Of a stretch of 64,000 nucleotides of DNA, positions 47,276-61,210 are shown in pieces. Both the position numbers and the translations under genes were made by a program. Numbering within the stretch: position 1 is the first letter of the stretch; each line of letters opens with the position of its first letter. The notes below the pieces were generated by a model. That model searched no databases. It saw nothing but the letters and a program-made list of their open reading frames with translations, and was not told the origin of the DNA. Source of the stretch: Geosiphon pyriformis uo1 (lineage: Eukaryota > Fungi > Glomeromycota); NCBI GenBank assembly GCA_016748015.1, contig JAAOMT010000762.1, positions 1 to 64,000 of the forward strand, in the 5' to 3' direction.

Positions 47276-50200
47276 TTATCATAAACTAAAAAGTCTTTAT
47301 TTCCATTATTATCATCATCAACATCATCAACCATATCATCACCATCTGATTCATTCTCCAAGCAGGCCTGTTCACATATTTTCTCAAGATGTGTTATTCT
47401 TTTCTGCATCACAATGGCAATAGCAGCCAAGTCTTTATTTTGCTTAGCCTATTCATTCACACATTCCTTAACTGACACATCCACTGCAGATGGAGTAGAC
47501 AGCAATTTGGTAACCAATGCAACCAGAGCACTAACAGGTTCAACTAAGGATTTTATCAACACAGATAGTTCACTAAGATGGAATTTAAGAGAAGCCAACC
47601 TAGATTCAACAGCAGAATTGGAAACAGAAGGGACAGCAGGCAACATGGATGTTGCAGTTTTGGGAGGACCACCAAAATCCAAATCCATATCAGCAGCAAC
47701 AGCAGCAGAAGGAACCACAAAAGCAGCAGCCTTGGCATAAGATTTAGATCCAACAAATGAAGATTTGAAATTTTTTGGGCCACCAAAGATGTTGGAAAGG
47801 AGTTTAAGTGGGAGAGAAGGCAACTTCTTGCAGTCCACAGCCAAATAATTTAAGTCTTGACACCTATAGCAGTGGCAACACCCAGGAGTTTCCCACCAGA
47901 TGCAACAACTACACAAGATACCAGTTTTTGACACAGTAACATTCAGAAATTCCAAAGAATCAAAGATAACCACAGTAAAGCATTGACATTGATAAAATTC
48001 AGAGGAGCGAGGAATAAAACATGTATGGTCACCAACTTGGGAGATGACCTCCTTTTGGTTGGTGATGAGAAGAATCCTAACACTATCATTTTTGACCAAT
48101 ACAGACCAATTAGAAAGAGCAACAGCAGCAGAAGAAATGTCCTTAAAATTAACCACAGCATATTGCCATAAGCCAGCAGGCTTCAACTTAACAGAAATAA
48201 TAACACCAAAAATGCCAAGAGCAGTTTTGATGTCATTAGAAGAGGTACCCAAAAGTATGTTACACAGTACAACTAACAAGGAAAGAGAAAAAACAGAGGC
48301 CACACCAGAAAACTATGCAATCTTAAAGTGGTCAAAAAAACCTCATCACTGATGACCACTTTGGTGGCACCATTAGGCTCTCCTGAGATGCAAATTCTAA
48401 TACAACCAGGCAACAACTGAAACAAGAAACCAAGCAGGGCCATTTTGATCTTAAATGTAGCACTAGGTACTAGATTGGAGGCCACACAACCAGAAAACCT
48501 CTAACAACCATTTACATTCTTCTAAACACTACCATCAGCAGCACCAGAAACTGGGGAAGGGACAGTTGATTCTATTTCTATTTAATCAGCCCAATCTTTG
48601 AAATCATCTAGATTGATGGGCTGTTTTGCTACTGGGATTAGTGATGATCTGCCAGAGAGTACCACATTAGGCAACACAGCCAGTGGTTGATCTTGACCCA
48701 TTTTGGGAGATATGCCACTGCTGTTGCCATCTATATCAGGAAGAGAGCTGGCTGCTGCTGTAGAAATCTTATTAAAGATCTTATCTGGGGCTTGGTGTAA
48801 CCATAGCAGTTGTAACTGCCTGCTGCTTTTTTTTGGAATTTTTTGCTTTTGTGACCATTTGTGAAGCAGTAGTAGTAGAAATAGTAGTGGAAGTGGTAAG
48901 ACTGGTCTGTTATTAAAAATCTTTGGGCTTTTTGAAGTGGTAGAGACAACACTGAAACTAACCCAAGTGTGTCTTTTGGAAAAAACTTTGATTGGAGAAG
49001 AACTACCAGCCAAAGCTGAAAAAAATGAACCAGAAGCTGTTAAAGGCAGCTTATCACTAGTATTTTTTAAAGGAAATGTTGCCAGAACATTTTGTCTAGC
49101 TGCTTCAATAACAGAGAGATCCTCTCGTGTTGAAACTTTATTAGTTACTATAGGAAAAGTAATGTTTGCAACTTTTTTACTCTTAGTTCTATTTGTGGTC
49201 ATAAAAATTAGGAGAGAAATTTCTTTGATTTCAATCTCTGGGTTGTACACCTCTTTTTTCTCTGCCAAGTTAGACTTAGATATAGTACTCTGGCTTAATA
49301 ACTCATTTTCTACCTCTTTTTTTTTCTTTGAGATGAAACTTTGCTGTTGAGTAACTATTATGTCTTTTCTTTTCTTCACTGTTACTTGAAGTTTAGCAGC
49401 TACTGCACTCAACAGTTTGGCTATTCATCAACATGCTGTTTTGGTTTGTCAATTTCAGCCTTTCATAATTGGTTGACCCCTTTTTTTGGTTGTTTTTCTC
49501 TATTAACTACCTGTGTACTAGGTTTTTGATATTTGTTTGTAATTGTGTTGTTTATATTATAGGACAGTCTGAATGCAGCCATTTCAGCATATGATCTTCC
49601 ACCAAAGGCTTTAATGATTTCCTCTAGAACATTCCTTCTAACATACAGCTTTGCCAGTCTGATATTGTTGGTAACTTTCTTTGTATTTTCCTCTTTTTTC
49701 TTATGCAGAGTTGGACATTTGGAGACCAAATGCCCTACCTGGTAACAGAAGTGGCACTCTTTGGCATCAGCAGGCACCTAGTGGACCAGTGTGTCTTCAA
49801 TTACTAAGGGTTTTTTGGTAGCACTGTTGTGACTGGCTTCACTGTTAAATCCTATGTAAGCACAGCCCATCCTTGTGTAATTCTTGCTAGTTCTTGGGAT
49901 GAAGCAAAATCGGGCTTTGATTTGATCCAGAGTGGTGCTCAAGTAGTGAGCAGTACAGTTCTGTGGTAAACCTACCAATTTAGCTTCCCAACCACTGCTG
50001 ATTGCCATTTTCCAGCCACTTTTATTTGAACTTTTTTAATCTCACCAAATTCTTTCATGGCAGCTCCCACTTTTTTGTCTGAAATGCTTAAGGAAATGTC
50101 TCTCATCAGGACTTTTCTTTAACCAGCCATCTGGTTGGTAATGTCATCAGTAGCCATTAAAAAGGATTCAATTTCTTTACTTGCCAGGATTTTTCTGGCC

Positions 50201-51377
50201 TGATCTCTTCCTGCCATTTGGGAGAAATCTACTTGGATTTTTTGGTTTCTTGCCATGACAGCCCCTAAAAGGTAACTAACATCTCCCAAAAGATTGTAGA
50301 TCCATACCACTTTTTTTCCCATAATTTTTTCAGGTATATCCACTGCTTGCACAAAAAGCACATGTCTTTTGGTTCTATGAACCACAGTTTTCCAATCTTC
50401 TTCATAGTTTGGTTCCATGATCATGGGTTTTTTGCCAAGTGATTTACTACTGTATTGGCCTGAACTCGGACTTGCCATTCTACTTGAAAGACCTAATTCA
50501 GAGTCTTCCATGTCCTCTGTGTTGTCATCCAAATCAGTCTTATCTTTGTTTGCAACAAATGGATTGTCCATTTGCTTCTTGGTTTCCAACACAGAATTTC
50601 CATTGTTGATCTTATCCAAAATATTAGGATTGCATTTTTTCAAAGCTGCTTCTATTTGTGCAGCTCTTTTTCTGTCTCTTTTAGGTGCTTTTAAAGGTTT
50701 ATTCATTTTTTTCAGGGACTTTAAGGCCTCCTTTTCACTAGTCCAAGCTTCTATTTAGAATTTGTTGCTGTTTCTACCTTTGTTAAACATCAGTTACAAG
50801 ACAAAGTTGTTGGTTTGGAAAGTTGTGTTTTCAGATAAGTCTTCTTCAATCACTTGGTTAAATCTCTCTGTTAAACTTTTTACACTTAATCTTCCAATGT
50901 GTCTGTATTTTTTATTAGTTTTTTCCTCCAATCTGTTGGCTGTTGTGGGAGAAAAGTCTGCTGCTCATCTATGTAGAGCTGTTTTTTTTACTGTATTAGC
51001 TATTCTGAAAGGTGTATCATCTTCACTACTTGTATTCACACTTCCAAATGGTTTGTTGTCAGTTTCAAATCTGAAAGAAGGTGTAGTAAGTCTTGTGGTT
51101 TTTACTGTTGTTGAATTTCTTAGAGTTGTGTTATTTTCTTCTTTTTTTGTAATGGAAATTTTGTTTTCCTTCACTTGAATTCTACAGTCAGTAGTCTCTA
51201 CACTTGTACTTCTTTGCGTAACTGGTGTCACTTCTTTGTTGGTGTTGTTATCAGACACTTTTAAGTCTGTTGTGAAAGTAATAATATATTATAATTAAAG
51301 ATTTCTTTGTTAAAAACTTATTTTCCAATTTTGAGACATAGTAATTTGTGTGGTAGCAGTCAAAGAGAAGAAAAAAC

Positions 51378-53418
51378 AGTTTAGATCATCATTGCTGTTA
51401 TCTATTAATTTTCTTTGTGCTTCATTTGTTAATTGATCAGTTTCTCTTGCATAGATCTTCTATTGAATTCCAGATGCTTTTTTAATATCAATCATAGTTG
51501 TGTTACACTTCTTTCTTCCAGATCTAGATTTTTTAGTGTCTGCTAAGATTCTATCAGATCAGATAATTATTACCACTGCTTTGTGATCAGTGCTAAATGA
51601 TTCATTAACATCAATTACCCCAATATTTGTGACCAGTAAGGCTGTAACAACATCAGTAAACACATAGTCTAATCTCTTTTGTACTCTATTTGATGCCTAT
51701 GTATTATCTGGATTGTTTGCCACATATTTTCCATGTATAATTACCAAATTCATCTGTTGCAGCAATGTTGTAGTGAGACATTTTTTTTTCTTGTTTGTGG
51801 CAATTGTTTCTTCAAGTGATTTGGATGTTAGATCTTCATTCAAATCACCTGCCACTATAACAATTTCTTTGTTTTGTACAATGTCTGCTAAAAGCTTTCT
51901 GATCTCTTTTGCCACTGTCTTTTCATGTACAACTCAGCTATGTATAAACTTATTTTATCCCTAAATTTCAATACCAGATGCAATAGTCTCTCATAATAAC
52001 TCCTGATTACCTCCACATAGTAAGTTTAACATTTTTTAACCAGTATATCTACCCCAGTTCCCATTTGTTTTTTAATGCTTGACTCCCAAAAAGCATAATA
52101 TTCTTTAGTATTAAAAAACACCTCTTTTTCTTTGAGTGGAATCAGTTTAATTTCTGTAATGACCACAAAGTCAAACTGTTCTTCTTTAATCCATTGTAGT
52201 ACTTCTTCAGCTTTGTCAGAATTGTTAAGCCTTTTAACATTAATAGTTCTTATTTTCCAACTATTATTATTGACAATTTTCTGTTTTAAATTGAAATTGG
52301 ATGTACTATACATCATCTGTTTCCATAGATTTAAATTTGCCAGCCATAGCACCATTCCAATTATTCTGTTTCTCCACTTGTTTTAGCAGTATCATAATAG
52401 GTTCCAGGGCTTTTTTAATTTCATTGATTTTTTTCTCTGGGTTGTATGCCTCTTTTTTTTCATATCCTGTTTTGCTTTTTTATTATTCTCTTTTTTCTTT
52501 TCCTCTGATATATAACTCAGTGGTTGATTCACCACTTTGTCTTTATTTTTTTTCTACTGTTACTTCAAGTTTGGCAGCCATAGTATTCAGTAATTTGGCC
52601 ATTTTATTAATCTGTTGTCTCAATTTATTAATTTCGAACTTCCATGGCTGGTCTGCTCCTTTTTTTTGTTGGCCCTTTTTGTTGTTTGCTTGTGAACCAG
52701 CTTTTTGAGACCCACTTGGGTTTGCATTGTTTCTATTATTAGAAAGATCATTTCTGCATATGATCTTCCTCCAAAGGTCTTGATGAATTTTTCTGGTACA
52801 TTTTTTTTAATATACAATTTGACTCATCATATGTTGTTGGTAACTTTCTTGGTATTCTCCTTCTTTTTTTTAAGTAAAATAAGACATTTTGAGGCCAAGT
52901 GTCCTATTTGATAACAAAAATGACACTCTTTAGCATTAGTAGGCACCCAGTAAACTAATGTGTTCCCAATTACCAAAAGCTTATTGGTAACATTGTAATG
53001 ACTGGCTTCACTATCAAACCCTATATAAGCACAGCCTATTCTAGTATAGTTTTTGCTAGTTCTTGGAATAAAGCAAAACCAGGCTTTGATTTGATTCAGA
53101 GTAGTACTCAGATAGTGGACAGTACAGTTCTGTGATAGGCCAACAAGCTTAGCTTTTCAGGTTTTTCTTTGCTCAATGATCTTTTGAGTACTTATTATTG
53201 GGTAAATTCTAACTGCATCTTTTCTGATCAGAGTTGACCATTGGTTCACAGCTCTAGTTGTCTCTTCTTGGTTGTTAAATTCAACTACTGTTGACTACTA
53301 TTTTCCAGCCATTTTGATTTGGACTTTTTTAATCTTCCAACTTCTTTGTTAAAAATACCCAAGGGAATGTCTCTAACCAGAACCTTTTTTTGACCAGCCA
53401 TTTAGTTGGCAATATCAT
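51378..53418 (-). mobile_element. C3: older LINE fragment (ORF1 3' half and APE domain)
   Basis: Colinear with C1 ~15356-17470; AGDLNED; many stops. Confidence 0.85.
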
Positions 53419-54189
53419 TGTTACAGTTGAAGCTTATACTTCTTATTAATTATCACATGTATTAGCCACTGATGTTATATAAATTAGCCACTCTATTTTT
53501 AGAAAGTGATCAATAATCTGACTGTTAACCTGATTATTGACCTGATTATTAACCACTTTTGATAGCTATATAAGTAATGAATCTCTTAGCTGTAGAAAAG
53601 TATATAGAAATCAAGGAAATCAAAAAAATAAAATAACAACTTCCATTTCAATCTTTCTCTTATTACTAATTTCTCTTTTCCTACCTTCAAGTATCTGAAC
53701 ATCTTGGGATAAAATATTACTTGTTGGTTATTTCTTACTCTTTTTCTAACTTGTATAATTGTAGCATTTGAAGATTATTGAATAAAGCATGACTGAAGAA
53801 TACATTTAATACCTAATATTGAATTCTAAGAGTGCTGATGTAAGACATAGAATTATACCAGACATGATTATTTGTTGACAGTATGGACTATTTTTCTACC
53901 TTCAGATTCTTCAGTTATCTTTTGAAAAGCATAGCAACTGAGATATTTTATGAGACTGATCTTACACATTAAATCCATACTCATTTAATTCACTCTTTAA
54001 AGTTGAATTCCCTTTGATTTCTTTCATCACCCTACAATTCTGTTCTTTCTTGCTATCTATTAACTTGTTACTTCAACCCATAACATAAAAGTAGTGTTCC
54101 CTGTGAGGTTGTCAAAAATTCACTTTGTTTCTTATTGTATGGGTGATTATTCATATCTGCCACAACAATCAAAAGAATACTTTGAAGCA

Positions 54190-56623
54190 AGAAAGAAAAA
54201 AAATTATAAAAAAACTCTTTTTCTTCTAATTTTTATGACCATGAATAGAGCTAAGAGTAAAAAAGTTGCAAACATTACTTTTCCTATAGTAACTAATAAA
54301 GTTTCAACACAAAAAAGTTTCTCAGTTATTGAAGCAGCTAGACAAAACATTTTGGCAACATTTCCTTTAAAAAATATTAGTAAAAAGCTGCCTTTAATGG
54401 CTTTTGGTTCATTTTTTTCTTCAGTCAAAGTTTCTTCAAAAAGGCACACTCGGGTTAGTCCCAGTGTTGTCTTTACCACTTCAAAAAGCTTAAAGATTTT
54501 TAATAACAGACCAGTCAACTAGTTGGTCTTTTCTGCTCTCACCTCTCCCACTATTACTTCTACTACTACTGCTTCACAAATGGCTGCGAAAGCAAAAAAT
54601 TCCAAAAAACAGCAGCAGGCAATTGCAACTGCTATGATCACATCAAATCCCTTTGTGGTTTCAGATAAGATCTTTGGTAAGATCTCCATAGTGGCAGCCA
54701 GCTCTCTTTCTGATATGAATAGCAACAGCAGTGGCATATCTCTCAAGATGGGCCAAGATCAATCACTGGCTGTGTTGCCTGATGTGGTACTCTTCAGCAG
54801 ATCATTGCCAATCCCAGTAGCAAAACAGTTTATCAATCCAGATAATCTTAAAGATTGGGCTGATCAGATGGAAATAGAATCAACTGCCCCTTCCCCAGTT
54901 TCTGGTGCTGCTGATGGTAGTGCTTGAGAGAATATAAATAGTTGTTAAAGATTCTCTGGTTGGGTGGCCTCCAATCTAGTATTTGGTGCTACATTTAAGA
55001 TCAAAATAGGCCTGCTTAGTTCCTTGTTTCAGTTGCTGCCTGGTTGTATTGGGCTTAAATCAGTTTCACAAGATGCTGTTAAGTTGTTCTGTGTGGAATT
55101 TGCATTTCAGGAGAGCCTAAATGGTGTCACCAAAGTGGTCATTAGTGATGAGATTTTTTTAACCATTCTTAAGATTGCATGGTCTTCTGGTGTGGTCTTT
55201 GTTTCTTCCCCTTCTTTGTTAGTTGTACTGCATAACGTACTTTTGGGTACCTCTTCTGATGACATCAAATCTGCTCTTGGCATTTTTGGTGTTGTTATTT
55301 CTGTTAAGTTGAAGCCTGCTGGCTTATAACAATATGCTATGGTTAACTTCAAAGACACTTCTTCTGCTGCTGCTGCTCTCTCTAACTGGTCTGTATTGAT
55401 CAGAAAAGATAGTATTAGGATTCTTCCCATCACCAACCAAAAGGAGGTTATCTCTTCAAGAGATGCATTCAAAGCTAAGTTGGTCAATCTTTTATTTGGC
55501 TGTACTGTCTTTGAGATAAGTAATTTGGTCTCCCAAGTTGGTGGCCATACATGTTTTATTCCTTGCTCTCCTGAATCTTATCAATGTTAATGCTTTGCTG
55601 TGATTACTTTTGATTTTTTGGAATCTTTAAATATTACTGTGTCAAAAACTGGTACTTTGTGTGGTTGTCGCATCTGGTGGAAAACTTCTGAGTGTTGTCA
55701 TTGCTACAGGTGCCAAGACTTGGATCATTTGGCTGTGAACTGTAAGAAATTGCCTTTTCTCCCACCCAAACTCCTTTTCAACACCTTTGGTGGCCCAAAA
55801 AATTTCAAACCTTTATTTGTTGAATCTAAATTTTATGCCAAGACTGCTGCTTTTGTGGTTCCTCCTGGTACTGCTGTTGTTAATATGAACTTGGATCTGG
55901 ATGGACCTCCCAAAACTACAACACCTATGTTGTCTGCTGTCCCTTCTGTTCCCAATTCTGCTGTTAAATTTAGGTTGGCTTCTCTGAAATCTCACCTTAG
56001 TGAACTATCTGTGTTGATAAAATTCTTAGTTAAATCTGTTGGTGCTCTGGTTGTATTGGTTACCAAATTACTGTCTACTCCATCTGCTGTAGATGTGTTA
56101 GTTAAGGAATGTGTGGATAGATTGGCTAAGCAAAATAAAAACTTGGCTGTTGTTGCCACAATGATGCTGAAAAGAATGACACACCTTGAAAAAATATGTG
56201 AATGGACTTGCTTGAAGGATGGATCAAATGGTAATAACATAGTTGATGATATTGATAATAAAGATAATGAAGATAAAGACTTTTCAGTTTATGATAATAC
56301 CTTTGATGTCATAATACAACTATGGAAAGATTAGCCTTCCAGAATCAAATCCAGTTTTGATCAGACTGCTAAGTAGATAAGTGGTATGATTAAGAATAGT
56401 CATGAGCTTGTTAGCATTATGAATAAGATATATGAATTAGATATGTTTGATACATTAGGTAGTAAAAGTAGTACTAGTGTGTAGTTAGGGCTTTTCACTT
56501 GTGGTTAGCCACATCTTGTGATTTTTGTATTATTGGGTGAGCTAGCTTTGTGAAACCACCATATTACTGTGGCTTAACTAATAAATAACCAACATGGCTA
56601 CAGATTAACATAAAAAAAAAAAA
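54190..56623 (+). mobile_element. B4: ORF1-only retroposon (ORF 54235-56484, disrupted)
   Basis: 17-bp TSD aagaa(t/c)actttgaagca (54173-54189 / 56624-56640); poly(A). Confidence 0.9.
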
Positions 56624-59600
56624 AAGAACACTTTGAAGCACACAACAAAAATAATCTAGACTTTATTGAACTCAATCTTTTGCTCTCCTGCTTGATTTGC
56701 TTCCCCATTGAATAACAATCCAGCAGACAATTCTAAGACTTTTGGAACTGTTTCCTGAACAAGCATTCAGCTGAAACCTACACAGCTTATACAACTTATT
56801 ACTTTAATCAAGCTTATTTTGAAGACAACTTTGAAGAAAAAAACAACAGTATTAATCAGCTCTTATATTCCACAATCTTTGAACAACAGCCTCCTGATTT
56901 TGAATATCTGAATCATCAAATCTACATTTGAATTGCTGCCCATCAATCAACTAAAACTCCTCTTGAAACAAAAGAAGAAAGCTATCAAACCACTCTGGTT
57001 TTTAATCTCTTTTTAAGTGAATCAGAACACTCTACACAAACAGTTACACCTGAACCAATAGCTTAAGACCCTCTACAACAAAACATTCTGATGACCCTCC
57101 AAAGTATACAGACTGCTTTAGGGCAAAGAAACAACACCCCATTACCATTATTCAGAGATAATATCCAAGATCCAATTGAATGGCTGAATGATTTTGAAAG
57201 AGCTGCCACAGTAAACCAATATGATAATAAATACAAATTCCAAATCGTTGGTGGCTACCTCCAAGACTCTCCTGCTACTTGGTTCTCACAAGAAACCAAT
57301 GCCAATGCTCAGCAAAAAATCATTAGATAGACACCAGCAAATGCTGGAAAAGATAACACCTCTTTCACTACCCAGTTTGAAACAAAATTTAGAACTCCTA
57401 TTTTAATATCCAAATGGTGCATGGAATTGGAAAGAAAAACCCAAGGCCCAGGAAAAATAGTAACTGAATACGCTAAAGCTATTAGAAAACTAATTCAACA
57501 TATAGATTTCAGTAGAAATTGGACAGAAGAGCAAAAAATTTAATCCTTCACAAAAGAATTGAGAACTAATCTCTCATATGCTCTTTGGCCTCTCCTGGTC
57601 CTGAAAGATAATTCCACAATGGATATGGCCATTGAACTTGTCCAGAAAATAGAAAACAACCAAAGAATGCACCTAAAATCTACTCTTCCAGTTTTTGCTC
57701 CTGCTCCTGTCATAATTCCAGCTTTACAAATGACTGCTACCTCTTTTGTCACTCATATTCAAGACCCTAATGAACAATTAATAGACAGACTTACTGCTAA
57801 TCTTGCTTGGCTATTAGAACTATTAGTTTAAGCAGTCAGAGACAACCAACAACCCCAAAGACCCAGATTTGAATCCTGTTTTAATCAGTCCCAACAACCA
57901 TCATATCAAAGACAACAAAATGGTAATCCACCTGTGTGCTATTGCTGTAGACTAACTAAACACTTTTCCAGAGACTTCAACAATCCTCCATTGCCCTCTT
58001 TAGCTTCTAAAAATAATGACACCCAGAATAACAGACCCAACAATAATAATGTTCTCAATCAAAAACCCAATCATGCCAACATTAATTTCTTTGGAAAGAA
58101 TCCCTTTGTTAAAGCTATTGTTTATCAGTCTTTAAACTGGTAGACACATCTCTAAAGGATGAGAGTGCAAGCCAACCAAAAAAAAACCCCTTTTATGCCT
58201 TTAATCTAACTGATAATGACTATGATATAGATGAACTGGCAATTAATACCTCTGACTTAACAAGAAAGAAGAAGAAAGCCAAGGTTGATTTTGTTCTAGA
58301 TTCCAACAAAGTCTTAACTTCTACTGCTGACAACAATGAGCCACCAAAGGCTAAAGTTTTTAAAAATCCTCCAAAGTTAGAATCTCCAGAAATAGTACAA
58401 AAATCTGGCTCCTATTTTGTTGTTAAAGATCTTATGGAAACCCCAGCACACATTACATTTGGCCAATTAATAACCCATCCACAGTTCAGAAAAAATCTTT
58501 GCAAATCATTGATACCAAAGAAGAAGACACCAAAAATCATTAAGCATTCTTGTCAAGCTAGACTTGCTGACAACAGCAATGTTACTCCTCTGATTTGCAA
58601 AGCCCAAGTGGCTGGTTATTTTATTGATTTGATTTTAGACAGTGGATCATCTGTCAGTGTAATTGCCAAACACTTTCTGGAAGCCATTGAAAGAAAGATT
58701 GATGAACCTTCTACTTAGCTTATGATCAATATACATAGTGACAAAAAGAAAGATTTGGGTATAGCCAAAGCTGTTCCTGTTTGCATCAATGATATTAGCA
58801 TTGAAACAGACATGGAAGTACCTAAAGCAAAAGAGTATACTATTATTGTTGGTAATGAATGGCTTAAAAAAGCCAAAGCACTACTTAACTATGAACTTTG
58901 CGAGCTAACTATCAGATGTGGTGAGAAACCCATTGTGGTTAAATGCCATTATTGGACAACTTCTCTAGTAATCAAACAGAACCAAGAAGAAAAACAATCA
59001 GATGAATCAGATAATGATAAGAGTGATGATGAAGAAGATCAAGAAGAACAAGAAGAAACTGCTGAACTCACCTATACTATCTTAACCAGCAATGGCAAGC
59101 CACTGGACAATATTAAAGCTGACAAAGAAGGAATCATAGTAAATGGCAAGCTAATCTGCTGGCCCTACTATAACATCCTCAAAAGAACCTTTAATAGAAA
59201 ACCTGACAAGAAAGCCAAATACAGCTATTGGTAACATGGTTCTTGTGCCAGGTGCTGGTGTGATAAACCTTTGTATTCACCAAGTGATGAATGCAAATCC
59301 TGCCTAATCTACTACAAAGATTGGGAACCAATTAGCTTGATACCTCGAAAAGAACTTAAAGAAGTACAAAAGTTCTTTGAAAATAAACCACCTGAAATCC
59401 AATCACTAGTTGTAGAACAAAAAGAACTTTCCTCTGAAGAAAGAAAAGCAGTCATTGAAAATTTGTTGGCTAGAAATAGCCCAGTTATTTCAAAAGAAGG
59501 TGACACCCCTGGATGAACCCATGTGATACAACACACTATCATCACAAAAGAAACTCACCCCATCTATTTGAAGCCTTATCAATCCAATTGACACAATAAT

Positions 59601-60682
59601 GAGTTTATTAAGAAAGAGATAAATAGGATGAAAGATCTTGGATTCATACAAAAAACCAAGAGTGAATGGACTTTCCCAGTTGTAGTGATATTCAAAAAAG
59701 GCAGAACTCTATGCTTCTGTGTTGACTACCACCAACTAAATGCCATCACTATAAGAGACATGTATCCACTCCCCAAAATTAATGCAATGCTAGATAAATT
59801 CAATAGTGCTGCTTTTTTCTCAACTATTGACTTAACTACTGGATTTTGGCAAGTAAAGATGAATCCAGAAAGCAGAAAAAAAACTGCTTTCATCACCAAG
59901 TATAGCACCTATGAGTTCTTTTTGGTCTCACCAATGCTCCTTCCATTTTTCAATGCCTAATAAATAAAGTGCTTGAATCAGTAAAAAAAAACTTTGTCTT
60001 GGTTTACTTGAACGACATAATAGTATATTCAAAAACCTGAGATGAATATTTTGAATATTTACAGAAGGTTTTTGACCTGCTCAAAAATGCTGGCCTTAAA
60101 ATCAACCCAATCAAATCTTTTTTTGGATGTCAATCCATCCAGTTCCTTGGTTATTTTATTACAAAAGATAGAATCTTTCCTAACCCAGCTAAAATTGAAA
60201 AAGTTCAGAACATTCGACAACTAATAAATGTTCCTAAACTACACTTTTTCTTTGGTTTGGCCTCTTATTATCACAAATTTATCAAGAATTTCTCCAAAAT
60301 TGTCTTTTCTCTCAATTAGCTACTCAAAAAAAAGGTCAATTATTACTGGAGCACTCATCAACAAAAAGCTTTTGAAATTCTGAAGGAAAAACTTGTTACT
60401 GAATCAATTCTCAAGCAACTTGATCTGGACCAATCTTTCATCCTCCACACTGATGCATCTAGCTATAAACTTAGTGCTGTTCTTTCACAAAAAGATGAAA
60501 ATGGCAGAGAACATGCCATAGCATATGCTAGTAGATTTTTTACACCAGCAGAAAAGAACTATTTAGTTACTAAACAGTGTTATCAGTGGTTTTTGTCATT
60601 ATTTGAAAACATTTCTTAACTCAACTGGTAACACATATTACCATAATTATGCTACTAACTATAGCATATTATGGGTGTATGG

Positions 60683-61210
60683 TGTTACTTATAGAATATA
60701 GGAAGTATATTATTATTATTAGCAAATAAGAAATAAGCCAAGGCGATTTGCAAGTTAGTATCCTATTAATAGCCATGATCAAGAGCTATTGTTCCAATAT
60801 GATTAAGTATCAGTTATTATCAACATGAAGTGTTAATAATGAAGAATAAATTTGATATAGTGAATAATTATTTATTTGAGGATTGTGGTAACTAAGTTAA
60901 AGATTCTTGGTGTCAATTCTTTTTTTTCTGCTTCTAATACTACTACTATATATACATATTTGAGATTCCTCAATTTTTCAATTCCTTACAACAGGAATCC
61001 TGGAATTCCTGGAATCCTGCGATTCCTGATGAAAGGAATTCTGGAATTCTGGAATTCTGTAATTTCTTGCCAGAGAATTCTGAAATTTCTGGAATCCTGT
61101 AATTCCTCTAAGAGGAATCCTGGAATTCTACATTTACTACATCTACTTTTGATTGGCTAATATCTACTTGCTAATAATAATAATATACTTCCTATATTCT
61201 ATGAGTAACA
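60683..61210. mobile_element. 528-bp MITE-like element with 43-bp TIRs and 4-bp TSD atgg
   Basis: TIRs 60683-60725 / 61168-61210 with one mismatch; atgg on both sides. Confidence 0.88.
60960..61128. repeat. Degenerate 8-9 bp tandem array (GGAATTCCT/GGAATCCT)
   Basis: Repeated quasi-palindromic ggaattc(c)t units. Confidence 0.85.

Larger units (their letters stand above)
38631..49219 (-). mobile_element. B3: ORF1-only retroposon split by a solo LTR and G4
   Basis: Poly(T) at 38631; 3' UTR; ORF 49202->38771 rejoins across the insertions (aaaggtattatcataaac, compare the intact site near 63088). Confidence 0.88.
38480..51377 (-). mobile_element. C2: LINE 5' part (5' UTR, ORF1, ORF2 start) interrupted by B3
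   Basis: 38480-38630 matches C1 ~16241-16391; 49220-51377 matches C1 ORF1 and 5' end. Confidence 0.85.

Noticed and set aside
48582-49412. 276-aa ORF fusing the LINE ORF1 tail to the B ORF start (similarly 54094-54522 and 9820-10665)
   Set aside because: Chance read-through across insertion junctions in decayed copies.
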